Positions 1 to 13,500 of a stretch of 48,589 nt of DNA are shown piece by piece. Location: assembly GCA_032718475.1 (NCBI GenBank), contig JAUCBJ010000616.1, forward strand, positions 1 to 48,589, read 5' to 3'. This DNA comes from Nemertoderma westbladi (lineage: Eukaryota > Animalia > Xenacoelomorpha). The notes beneath the pieces were generated by a model. The model was not told where the DNA came from. It did no database searches and saw only the letters and a program-made list of their open reading frames with translations. The position numbers were made by a program, and so were the translations under genes. How positions within the stretch are numbered: position 1 is the first letter of the stretch; every line of letters begins with the position of its first letter.

Positions 1-710
1 AGTAGGCTCTCGGTAGACCGGTAAGCTCTCGGTAGACCGGTAAGCTCTCGGTAGACCAGTAAGCTCTCGGTAGACCGGTAAGCTCTCGGTAGACCGGTAA
101 GCTCTCGGTAGACCGGTAAGGTCTCGGTAGACCGGTAAGCTCTCGGTAGACCAGTAAGCTCTCGGTAGACCGGTAGGCTCTCGGTAGACCGGTAAGCTCT
201 CGGTAGACCGGTAGGTTCTCGGTAGACCGGTAAGCTCTCGGTAGACCAGTAAGCTCTCGGTAGACCGGTAAGCTCTCGGTAGACCAGTAGGCTCTCGGTA
301 GACCGGTAAGCTCTCGGTAGACCGGTAAGCTCTCGGTAGACCGGTAAGCTCTCGGTAGACTGGTAAGCTCTCGGTAGACCGGTAAGCTCTCGGTAGACCG
401 GTAAGCTCTCGGTAGACCGGTAAGCTCTCGGTAGACCGGTAGGCTCTCGGTAGACCGGTAAGCTCTCGGTAGACCGGTAAGCTCTCGGTAGACCAGCAAG
501 CTCTCGGTAGACCGGTAGGCTCTCGGTAGACCGGTAGGCTCTCGGTAGACCGGTAGGCTCTCGGTAGACCGGTAGGCTCTCGGTAGACCGGTAAGCTCTC
601 GGTAGACCGGTAAGCTCTCGGTAGACCGGTAGGCTCTAGGTAGACCGGTAAGCTCTCGGTAGACCGGTAGGCTCTCGGTAGACCGGTAGGCTCTCGGTAG
701 ACCGGCAAGC
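1..710. repeat. 19-bp minisatellite (GCTCTCGGTAGACCGGTAA/G), ~37 copies visible, runs off the window start; intronic
   Basis: Direct reading: 19-bp period with few variants (accagt, gtagg). Ends at 710. Confidence 0.97.
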
Positions 711-776
711 AATGTGACAAAACATTGGCACTCCAAGGTTACCAAACGAAAGCGACATGCAGTAGGTTCTTCCTCG

Positions 777-958
777 GTTAAATAGAAGCCGTGCACAATT
801 ATTGTACGCAACCCTAATATTATCGTAGAATAATTATTACTTGCCAAGAGGCTGATACAGTATATTGGTGTACAGTATGCACGAAAGTGTGAAATTTTAA
901 CTTGGACAGATACATGATAAAACTTTCTAGCTAGAATGTTACCTCTAGCGTAAAGTTG
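777..958 (-). pseudogene. Decayed 3' fragment of a non-LTR retrotransposon ORF2, related to the element at 28685-31224
   Basis: Minus-strand translation QLYARGNILARKFYHVSVQVKISHFRAYCTPIYCISLL, then a frameshift to IRVAYNNCARLLFN. This aligns by eye with SLYARGNMLLRKFGNCSRPVKLALFRAYCTPIYCNSLW...LRVAYNNCARFLFK of the 766-aa ORF. Not in the ORF track. Confidence 0.85.
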
Positions 959-1033
959 TTGCAGTATATTGGTTATTGCTAAGAATATTCTTAAAATCCC
1001 CAATAGCGGTATAGAGTTGGGAACCATCCCACC

Positions 1034-1231
1034 CTTACTGGCGTTAAAGATGCGATGAAATATACCACGAACTACACCGCGTTTGTAAGACTCAGGGGCA
1101 CACGCAGTGGTATTGGGAACGAGCCCAGTATCTGTAGGCTTGCGGTACCAAGTTGTTTAAAGAGCATAGTCAACCCGAGTGACAACCAAATCAAGAATGG
1201 ACAAGCGGCCATCTTCCTCCATCTCAAGGGT
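1034..1231 (-). pseudogene. Penelope-like retroelement RT fragment (RT motif 6-7/thumb region), one internal stop
   Basis: Minus-strand translation TLEMEEDGRLSILDLVVTRVDYAL*TTWYRKPTDTGLVPNTTACAPESYKRGVVRGIFHRIFNASK matches the PLE pattern T.E.E....L.FLD......T..YRKPT.TG....S..P..YK..V....HR. Confidence 0.78.
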
Positions 1232-1382
1232 TCGTTGGGCTCAAGCTTTTTTTACACTGCTTGGTCCTTGGATACCTAAGCCTATAGGTAAGGTTTATTA
1301 CTTTATTTGCTTGAATAATTAAATACATATTATTTGACATGACAAAAACTACGATATGAGGGTTTGCGACGCTAGAACTAAC

Positions 1383-1478
1383 CTCGAGAATGTATGTAAT
1401 AGGACTCCATGACAACGTCGAGACCTGGCCAATCGTAGCTTCTGATTGGTTGATGTCGCTGATCATGTAATCGTCCAT
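1383..1478 (-). CDS. Coding exon 6 (last visible) of the minus-strand gene; (D)GRLHDQRHQPIRSYDWPGLDVVMESYYIHSR; GSE1-like C-terminal motif
   Basis: Acceptor tttattttattgaag| at 1480-1479; donor GAG|gttagt at 1382. 96 nt, phase 1/1, matching the previous exon. WPGLDVVMESY resembles the W.G.EAV.EAY motif that precedes the GSE1 C-terminal coiled coil (recalled, not searched). The reading frame differs from track ORF 1224..1484. Confidence 0.8.
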
Positions 1479-1591
1479 CTTCAATAAAATAAACCAATAA
1501 AATCGTTAGTGTTACTTCTTAAATTTCCAATAAATATATTCTAGAATATGCAATAATAATTATGATGGAAAATAAAGGGGTTGGGTAAAAA

Positions 1592-4500
1592 AATGTTTCT
1601 ACTCACCTGTTTCGACCAATCACAATGTTTCTACTCACCTATTTCAACCAATCACAATGTTTCTACTCACCTGTTTCGACCAATCACAATGTTTCTACTC
1701 ACCTGTTTCGACCAATCACAATGTTTCTACTCACCTGTTTTGACTAATCACAATGTTTCTACCACCTGTTTCGACCAATCACAATGTTTCTACTCACCTA
1801 TTTCGACCAATCACAATGTTTCTACTCACCTATTTCGACCAATCACAATGTTTCTACTCACCTGTTTCGACCAATCACAATGTTTCTATTCACCTGTTTC
1901 GACCAATCACAATGTTTCTACTCACCTGTTTTGACCAATCACAATGTTTCTACTCACCTGTTTCGACCAATCACAATGTTTCTACTCACCTATTTTGACC
2001 AATCACAATGTTTCTACTCACCTATTTCGACCCATCACAATGTTTCTACTCACCTATTTCGACCAATCACAATGTTTCTACTCACCTGTTTCGACCAATC
2101 ACAATGTTTCTACTCACCTATTTCGACCAATCACAATGTTTCTACTCACCTGTTTCGACCAATCACAATGTTTCTACTCACCTGTTTTGACCAATCACAA
2201 TGTTTCTACTCACATGTTTCGACCAATCACAATGTTTCTACTCATCTGTTTCGACCAATCACAATGTTTCTACTCACCTGTTTCGACCAATCACAATGTT
2301 TCTACTCACCTGTTTCGACCAATCACAATGTTTCTACTCACATGTTTCGACCAATCACAATGTTTCTACTCACCTGTTTCGATCAATCACAATGTTTCTA
2401 CTCACCTATTTTGACTAATCACAATGTTTCTACTCACCTGTTTCGACCAATCACAATGTTTCTACTCACATGTTTCGACCAATCACAATGTTTCTACTCA
2501 CCTATTTCGACCAATCACAATGTTTCTACTCACCTATTTCGACCAATCACAATGTTTCTACTCACCTGTTTCGACCAATCACAATGTTTCTACTCACCTA
2601 TTTCGACCAATCACAATGTTTCTACTCACCTGTTTCGACCAATCACAATGTTTCTACTCACCTGTTTTGACCAATCACAATGTTTCTACTCACATGTTTC
2701 TACCAATCACAATGTTTCAACTCACCTGTTTTGACCAATCACAATGTTTCAACTCACCTGTTTCGTCCAATCACAATGTTTCTACTCACCTATTTCGACC
2801 AATCACAATGTTTCTACTCACCTATTTTGACCAATCACAATGTTTCTACTCACCTGTTTCGACCAATCACAATGTTTCTACTCACATGTTTCGACCAATC
2901 ACAATGTTTCTACTCACCTGTTTCGACCAATCACAATGTTTCTACTCACCTGTTTTGACCAATCACAATGTTTCTACTCACCTGTTTCGACCAATCACAA
3001 TGTTTCTACTCACCTATTTCGACCAATCACAATGTTTCTACTCACCTGTTTCGACCAATCACAATGTTTCTACTCACCTATTTCGACCAATCACAATGTT
3101 TCTACTCACCTGTTACGACCAATCACAATGTTTCTACTCACCTGTTTCGACCAATCACAATGTTTCTACTCACCTGTTTCGACCAATCACAATGTTTCTA
3201 CTCACCTGTTTCGACCAATCACAATGTTTCTACTCACCTGTTTCGACCAATCACAATGTTTCTACTCACCTGTTTCGACCAATCACAATGTTTCTACTCA
3301 CCTGTTTCGACCAATCACAATGTTTCTACTCACCTGTTTTGACCAATCACAATGTTTCTACTCACCTGTTTCGACCAATCGCAATGTTTCTACTCACCTA
3401 TTTCGACCAATCACAATGTTTCTACACACCTGTTTCGACCAATCACAATGTTTCTACTCACCTGTTTTGACCAATCACAATGTTTCTACTCACCTGTTTC
3501 GACCAATCACAATGTTTCAACTCACCTGTTTCGTCCAATCACAATGTTTCTACTCACATGTTTCGACCAATCACAATGTTTCTACTCACCGGTTTCGACC
3601 AATCACAATGTTTCTACTCACCTGTTTCGACCAATCACAATGTTTCTACTCACCTGTTTCGACCAATCACAATGTTTCTACTCACCTGTTTTGACCAATC
3701 ACAATGTTTCTACTCACCTGTTTCGACCAATCGCAATGTTTCTACTCACCTGTTTCGACCAATCACAATGTTTCTACTCACCTGTTTTGACCAATCACAA
3801 TGTTTCTACTCACCTGTTTCGACCAATCACAATGTTTCTACTCGCCTGTTTTGACCAATCACAATGTTTCTACTCACCTGTTTCGACCAATCACAATGTT
3901 TCAACTCACCTGTTTCGTCCAATCACAATGTTTCTACCCACATGTTTCGACCAATCACAATGTTTCTACTCACCTGTTTCGACCAATCACAATGTTTCTA
4001 CTCACCTGTTTCGACCAATCACAATGTTTCTACTCACCTGTTTCGACCAATCACAATGTTTCTACTCACCTGTTTCGACCAATCACAATGTTTCAACTCA
4101 CCTGTTTCGTCCAATCACAATGTTTCTACTCACATGTTTCGACCAATCACAATGTTTCTACTCACCTGTTTCGACCAATCACAATGTTTCTACTCACCGG
4201 TTTCGACCAATCACAATGTTTCTACTCACCTGTTTTGACCAATCACAATGTTTCTACTCACCTGTTTCGACCAATCACAATGTTTCTACTCACCTGTTTC
4301 GACCAATCACAATGTTTCTACTCACATGTTTTGACCAATCACAATGTTTCAACTCACCTGTTTCGTCCAATCACAATGTTTCTACTCACATGTTTCGACC
4401 AATCACAATCTTTCTACTCACCTGTTTTGACCAATCACAATGTTTCTACTCACCTGTTTCGACCAATCACAATGTTTCTACTCACATGTTTTGACCAATC

Positions 4501-7500
4501 ACAATGTTTCAACTCACCTGTTTCGTCCAATCACAATGTTTCTACTCACATGTTTCGACCAATCACAATGTTTCTACTCACCTGTTTTGACCAATCACAA
4601 TGTTTCAACTCACCTGTTTCGTCCAATCACAATGTTTCTACTCACATGTTTCGACCAATCACAATGTTTCAACTCACCTGTTTCGTCCAATCACAATGTT
4701 TCTACTCACATGTTTCGACCAATCACAATGTTTCTACTCACCTGTTTCGACCAATCACAATGTTTCCACTCACCTGTTTCGACCAATCACAATGTTTCTA
4801 CTCACCTGTTTTGACCAATCACAATGTTTCTACTCACCTGTTTCGACCAATCACAATGTTTCTACTCACCTGTTTCGACCAATCACAATGTTTCTACTCA
4901 CATGTTTTGACCAATCACAATGTTTCAACTCACCTGTTTCGTCCAATCACAATGTTTCTACTCACATGTTTCGACCAATCACAATGTTTCTACTCACCTG
5001 TTTTGACCAATCACAATGTTTCTACTCACCTGTTTCGACCAATCACAATGTTTCTACTCACATGTTTTGACCAATCACAATGTTTCAACTCACCTGTTTC
5101 GTCCAATCACAATGTTTCTACTCACATGTTTCGACCAATCACAATGTTTCTACTCACCTGTTTTGACCAATCACAATGTTTCAACTCACCTGTTTCGTCC
5201 AATCACAATGTTTCTACTCACATGTTTCGACCAATCACAATGTTTCAACTCACCTGTTTCGTCCAATCACAATGTTTCTACTCACATGTTTCGACCAATC
5301 ACAATGTTTCTACTCACCTGTTTCGACCAATCACAATGTTTCTACTCACCTGTTTCGACCAATCACAATGTTTCTACTCACATGTTTCGACCCATCACAA
5401 TGTTTCTACTCACCTGTTTCGACCAATCACAATGTTTCTACTCACCTGTTTCGACCAATCACAATGTTTCTACTCACCTGTTTCGACCAATCACAATGTT
5501 TCTACTCACCTATTTCGACCAATCACAATGTTTCTACTCACCTGTTTCGACCAATCACAATGTTTCTACTCACCTATTTCGACCAATCACAATGTTTCTA
5601 CTCACCTGTTTCGACCAATCACAATGTTTCTACTCACCTGTTTCGACCAATCACAATGTTTCTACTCACCTGTTTCGACCAATCACAATGTTTCTACCAA
5701 CCTGTTTCGACCAATCACAATGTTTCTACTCACCTGTTTCGACCAATCACAATGTTTCTACTCACCTGTTTCGACCAATCACAATGTTTCTACTCACCTG
5801 TTTCGACCAATCACAATGTTTCTACTCACCTGTTTTGACCAATCACAATGTTTCAACTCACCTGTTTCGTCCAATCACAATGTTTCTACTCACATGTTTC
5901 GACCAATCACAATGTTTCTACTCACCTGTTTTGACCAATCACAATGTTTCTACTCACCTGTTTCGACCAATCACAATGTTTCTACTCACATGTTTTGACC
6001 AATCACAATGTTTCAACTCACCTGTTTCGTCCAATCACAATGTTTCTACTCACATGTTTCGACCAATCACAATGTTTCTACTCACCTGTTTTGACCAATC
6101 ACAATGTTTCAACTCACCTGTTTCGTCCAATCACAATGTTTCTACTCACATGTTTCGACCAATCACAATGTTTCAACTCACCTGTTTCGTCCAATCACAA
6201 TGTTTCTACTCACATGTTTCGACCAATCACAATGTTTCAACTCACCTGTTTCGTCCAATCACAATGTTTCTACTCACATGTTTCGACCAATCACAATGTT
6301 TCTACTCACCTGTTTTGACCAAACACAATGTTTCAACTCACCTGTTTCGTCCAATCACAATGTTTCTACTCACATGTTTCGACCAATCACAATGTTTCAA
6401 CTCACCTGTTTCGTCCAATCACAATGTTTCTACTCACATGTTTCGACCAATCACAATGTTTCTACTCACCTGTTTCGACCAATCACAATGTTTCTACTCA
6501 CCTGTTTCGACCAATCACAATGTTTCTACTCACATGTTTCGACCCATCACAATGTTTCTACTCACCTGTTTCGACCAATCACAATGTTTCTACTCACCTG
6601 TTTCGACCAATCACAATGTTTCTACTCACCTGTTTCGACCAATCACAATGTTTCTACTCACCTGTTTCGACCAATCACAATGTTTCTACTCACCTGTATC
6701 GACCAATCACAATGTTTCTACTCACCTATTTCGACCAATCACAATGTTTCTACTCACCTGTTTCGACCAATCACAATGTTTCTACTCACCTATTTCGACC
6801 AATCACAATGTTTCTACTCACCTGTTTCGACCAATCACAATGTTTCTACTCACCTGTTTCGACCAATCACAATGTTTCTACTCACCTGTTTCGACCAATC
6901 ACAATGTTTCTACTCACCTGTTTCGACCAATCACAATGTTTCTACTCACCTGTTTCGACCAATCACAATATTTCTACTCACCTGTTTCGACCAATCACAA
7001 TGTTTCTACTCACCTGTTTCGACCAATCACAATGTTTCTACTCACCTGTTTTGACCAATCACAATGTTTCTACTCACCTGTTTCGACCAATCGCAATGTT
7101 TCTACTCACCTATTTCGACCAATCACAATGTTTCTACTCACCTGTTTCGACCAATCACAATGTTTCTACTCACCTGTTTTGACCAATCACAATGTTTCTA
7201 CTCACCTGTTTCGACCAATCACAATGTTTCAACTCACCTGTTTCGTCCAATCACAATGTTTCTACTCACATGTTTCGACCAATCACAATGTTTCTACTCA
7301 CCGGTTTCGACCAATCACAATGTTTCTACTCACCTGTTTCGACCAATCACAATGTTTCTACTCACCTGTTTCGACCAATCACAATGTTTCTACTCACCTG
7401 TTTCGACCAATCACAATGTTTCTACTCACCTGTTTCGACCAATCACAATGTTTCAACTCACCTGTTTCGTCCAATCACAATGTTTCTACTCACATGTTTC

Positions 7501-10500
7501 GACCAATCACAATGTTTCTACTCACCTGTTTCGACCAATCACAATGTTTCTACTCACCTGTTTCGACCAATCACAATGTTTCTACTCACCTGTTTCGACC
7601 AATCACAATGTTTCTACTCACCTGTTTCGACCAATCACAATGTTTCAACTCACCTGTTTCGTCCAATCACAATGTTTCTACTCACATGTTTCGACCAATC
7701 ACAATGTTTCTACTCACCTGTTTCGACCAATCACAATGTTTCTACTCACCTGTTTCGACCAATCACAATGTTTCTACTCACCTGTTTTGACCAATCACAA
7801 TGTTTCTACTCACCTGTTTCGACCAATCACAATGTTTCTACTCACCTGTTTCGACCAATCACAATGTTTCTACTCACATGTTTTGACCAATCACAATGTT
7901 TCAACTCACCTGTTTCGTCCAATCACAATGTTTCTACTCACATGTTTCGACCAATCACAATCTTTCTACTCACCTGTTTTGACCAATCACAATGTTTCTA
8001 CTCACCTGTTTCGACCAATCACAATGTTTCTACTCACATGTTTTGACCAATCACAATGTTTCAACTCACCTGTTTCGTCCAATCACAATGTTTCTACTCA
8101 CATGTTTCGACCAATCACAATGTTTCTACTCACCTGTTTTGACCAATCACAATGTTTCAACTCACCTGTTTCGTCCAATCACAATGTTTCTACTCACATG
8201 TTTCGACCAATCACAATGTTTCAACTCACCTGTTTCGTCCAATCACAATGTTTCTACTCACATGTTTCGACCAATCACAATGTTTCTACTCACCTGTTTC
8301 GACCAATCACAATGTTTCCACTCACCTGTTTCGACCAATCACAATGTTTCTACTCACCTGTTTTGACCAATCACAATGTTTCTACTCACCTGTTTCGACC
8401 AATCACAATGTTTCTACTCACCTGTTTCGACCAATCACAATGTTTCTACTCACATGTTTTGACCAATCACAATGTTTCAACTCACCTGTTTCGTCCAATC
8501 ACAATGTTTCTACTCACATGTTTCGACCAATCACAATGTTTCTACTCACCTGTTTTGACCAATCACAATGTTTCTACTCACCTGTTTCGACCAATCACAA
8601 TGTTTCTACTCACATGTTTTGACCAATCACAATGTTTCAACTCACCTGTTTCGTCCAATCACAATGTTTCTACTCACATGTTTCGACCAATCACAATGTT
8701 TCTACTCACCTGTTTTGACCAATCACAATGTTTCAACTCACCTGTTTCGTCCAATCACAATGTTTCTACTCACATGTTTCGACCAATCACAATGTTTCAA
8801 CTCACCTGTTTCGTCCAATCACAATGTTTCTACTCACATGTTTCGACCAATCACAATGTTTCTACTCACCTGTTTCGACCAATCACAATGTTTCTACTCA
8901 CCTGTTTCGACCAATCACAATGTTTCTACTCACATGTTTCGACCCATCACAATGTTTCTACTCACCTGTTTCGACCAATCACAATGTTTCTACTCACCTG
9001 TTTCGACCAATCACAATGTTTCTACTCACCTGTTTCGACCAATCACAATGTTTCTACTCACCTATTTCGACCAATCACAATGTTTCTACTCACCTGTTTC
9101 GACCAATCACAATGTTTCTACTCACCTATTTCGACCAATGACAATGTTTCTACTCACCTGTTTCGACCAATCACAATGTTTCTACTCACCTGTTTCGACC
9201 AATCACAATGTTTCTACTCACCTGTTTCGACCAATCACAATGTTTCTACCAACCTGTTTCGACCAATCACAATGTTTCTACTCACCTGTTTCGACCAATC
9301 ACAATGTTTCTACTCACCTGTTTCGACCAATCACAATGTTTCTACTCACCTGTTTCGACCAATCACAATGTTTCTACTCACCTGTTTTGACCAATCACAA
9401 TGTTTCAACTCACCTGTTTCGTCCAATCACAATGTTTCTACTCACATGTTTCGACCAATCACAATGTTTCTACTCACCTGTTTTGACCAATCACAATGTT
9501 TCTACTCACCTGTTTCGACCAATCACAATGTTTCTACTCACATGTTTTGACCAATCACAATGTTTCAACTCACCTGTTTCGTCCAATCACAATGTTTCTA
9601 CTCACATGTTTCGACCAATCACAATGTTTCTACTCACCTGTTTTGACCAATCACAATGTTTCAACTCACCTGTTTCGTCCAATCACAATGTTTCTACTCA
9701 CATGTTTCGACCAATCACAATGTTTCAACTCACCTGTTTCGTCCAATCACAATGTTTCTACTCACATGTTTCGACCAATCACAATGTTTCAACTCACCTG
9801 TTTCGTCCAATCACAATGTTTCTACTCACATGTTTCGACCAATCACAATGTTTCTACTCACCTGTTTTGACCAAACACAATGTTTCAACTCACCTGTTTC
9901 GTCCAATCACAATGTTTCTACTCACATGTTTCGACCAATCACAATGTTTCAACTCACCTGTTTCGTCCAATCACAATGTTTCTACTCACATGTTTCGACC
10001 AATCACAATGTTTCTACTCACCTGTTTCGACCAATCACAATGTTTCTACTCACCTGTTTCGACCAATCACAATGTTTCTACTCACATGTTTCGACCCATC
10101 ACAATGTTTCTACTCACCTGTTTCGACCAATCACAATGTTTCTACTCACCTGTTTCGACCAATCACAATGTTTCTACTCACCTGTTTCGACCAATCACAA
10201 TGTTTCTACTCACCTGTTTCGACCAATCACAATGTTTCTACTCACCTGTATCGACCAATCACAATGTTTCTACTCACCTATTTCGACCAATCACAATGTT
10301 TCTACTCACCTGTTTCGACCAATCACAATGTTTCTACTCACCTATTTCGACCAATCACAATGTTTCTACTCACCTGTTTCGACCAATCACAATGTTTCTA
10401 CTCACCTGTTTCGACCAATCACAATGTTTCTACTCACCTGTTTCGACCAATCACAATGTTTCTACTCACCTGTTTCGACCAATCACAATGTTTCTACTCA

Positions 10501-13500
10501 CCTGTTTCGACCAATCACAATGTTTCTACTCACCTGTTTCGACCAATCACAATGTTTCTACTCACCTGTTTCGACCAATCACAATGTTTCTACTCACCTG
10601 TTTTGACCAATCACAATGTTTCTACTCACCTGTTTCGACCAATCGCAATGCTTCTACTCACCTATTTCGACCAATCACAATGTTTCTACTCACCTGTTTC
10701 GACCAATCACAATGTTTCTACTCACCTGTTTTGACCAATCACAATGTTTCTACTCACCTGTTTCGACCAATCACAATGTTTCAACTCACCTGTTTCGTCC
10801 AATCACAATGTTTCTACTCACATGTTTCGACCAATCACAATGTTTCTACTCACCGGTTTCGACCAATCACAATGTTTCTACTCACCTGTTTCGACCAATC
10901 ACAATGTTTCTACTCACCTGTTTCGACCAATCACAATGTTTCTACTCACCTGTTTCGACCAATCACAATGTTTCTACTCACCTGTTTCGACCAATCACAA
11001 TGTTTCAACTCACCTGTTTCGTCCAATCACAATGTTTCTACTCACATGTTTCGACCAATCACAATGTTTCTACTCACCTGTTTCGACCAATCACAATGTT
11101 TCTACTCACCTGTTTCGACCAATCACAATGTTTCTACTCACCTGTTTTGACCAATCACAATGTTTCTACTCACCTGTTTCGACCAATCACAATGTTTCTA
11201 CTCACCTGTTTCGACCAATCACAATGTTTCTACTCACATGTTTTGACCAATCACAATGTTTCAACTCATCTGTTTCGTCCAATCACAATGTTTCTACTCA
11301 CATGTTTCGACCAATCACAATGTTTCTACTCACCTGTTTTGACCAATCACAATGTTTCTACTCACCTGTTTCGACCAATCACAATGTTTCTACTCACATG
11401 TTTTGACCAATCACAATGTTTCAACTCACCTGTTTCGTCCAATCACAATGTTTCTACTCACATGTTTCGACCAATCACAATGTTTCTACTCACCTGTTTT
11501 GACCAATCACAATGTTTCAACTCACCTGTTTCGTCCAATCACAATGTTTCTACTCACATGTTTCGACCAATCACAATGTTTCAACTCACCTGTTTCGTCC
11601 AATCACAATGTTTCTACTCACATGTTTCGACCAATCACAATGTTTCTACTCACCTGTTTCGACCAATCACAATGTTTCTACTCACCTGTTTCGACCAATC
11701 ACAATGTTTCTACTCACCTGTTTTGACCAATCACAATGTTTCTACTCACCTGTTTCGACCAATCACAATGTTTCTACTCACCTGTTTCGACCAATCACAA
11801 TGTTTCTACTCACATGTTTTGACCAATCACAATGTTTCAACTCACCTGTTTCGTCCAATCACAATGTTTCTACTCACATGTTTCGACCAATCACAATGTT
11901 TCTACTCACCTGTTTTGACCAATCACAATGTTTCTACTCACCTGTTTCGACCAATCACAATGTTTCTACTCACATGTTTTGACCAATCACAATGTTTCAA
12001 CTCACCTGTTTCGTCCAATCACAATGTTTCTACTCACATGTTTCGACCAATCACAATGTTTCTACTCACCTGTTTTGACCAATCACAATGTTTCAACTCA
12101 CCTGTTTCGTCCAATCACAATGTTTCTACTCACATGTTTCGACCAATCACAATGTTTCAACTCACCTGTTTCGTCCAATCACAATGTTTCTACTCACATG
12201 TTTCGACCAATCACAATGTTTCAACTCACCTGTTTCGTCCAATCACAATGTTTCTACTCACATGTTTCGACCAATCACAATGTTTCTACTCACCTGTTTT
12301 GACCAATCACAATGTTTCAACTCACCTGTTTCGTCCAATCACAATGTTTCTACTCACATGTTTCGACCAATCACAATGTTTCAACTCACCTGTTTCGTCC
12401 AATCACAATGTTTCTACTCACATGTTTCGACCAATCACAATGTTTCTACTCACCTGTTTCGACCAATCACAATGTTTCTACTCACCTGTTTCGACCAATC
12501 ACAATGTTTCTACTCACATGTTTCGACCCATCACAATGTTTCTACTCACCTGTTTCGACCAATCACAATGTTTCTACTCACCTGTTTCGACCAATCACAA
12601 TGTTTCTACTCACCTGTTTCGACCAATCACAATGTTTCTACTCACCTGTTTCGACCAATCACAATGTTTCTACTCACCTGTTTCGACCAATCACAATGTT
12701 TCTACTCACCTGTTTCGACCAATCACAATGTTTCAACTCACCTGTTTCGACCAATCACAATGTTTCTACTCACCTGTTTCGACCAATCACAATGTTTCTA
12801 CTCACCTATTTCGACCAATCACAATGTTTCTACTCACCTATTTCGACCAATCACAATGTTTCTACTCACCTATTGCGACCAATCACAATGTTTCTACTCA
12901 CATGTTTCGACCAATCACAATGTTTCTACTCACCTGTTTCGACCAATCACAATGTTTCTACTCACCTGTTTCGACCAATCACAATGTTTCTACTCACCTG
13001 TTTCGACCAATCACAATGTTTCAACTCACCTGTTTCGACCAATCACAATGTTTCTACTCACCTATTTCGACCAATCACAATGTTTCTACTCACCTGTTTC
13101 GACTAATCACAATGTTTCTACTCACCTGTTTCGACCAATCACAATGTTTCAACTCACCTGTTTCGACCAATCACAATGTTTCTACTCACCTGTTTCGACC
13201 AATCACAATGTTTCTACTCACCTGTTTCGACCAATCACAATGTTTCTACTCACCTGTTTCGACCAATCACAATGTTTCTACTCACCTGTTTCGACCAATC
13301 ACAATGTTTCTACTCACCTATTTCGACCAATCACAATGTTTCTACTCACCTGTTTCGACTAATCACAATGTTTCTACTCACATGTTTCGACCCATCACAA
13401 TGTTTCTACTCACCTGTTTCGACCAATCACAATGTTTCTACTCACCTGTTTCGACCAATCACAATGTTTCTACTCACCTGTTTCGACCAATCACAATGTT

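Noticed and set aside
1241-1281. Possible terminal exon after cctatag (GLGIQGPSSVKKA*)
   Set aside because: The polypyrimidine tract is poor, the peptide does not continue the expected coiled coil, and it abuts retroelement debris. It cannot be fully excluded without RNA data.
1055-1484. Track ORFs 1055..1279 (+) and 1224..1484 (-) as genes
   Set aside because: The first is antisense to the Penelope fragment. The second overlaps exon 6 in the wrong frame and runs into the intron.
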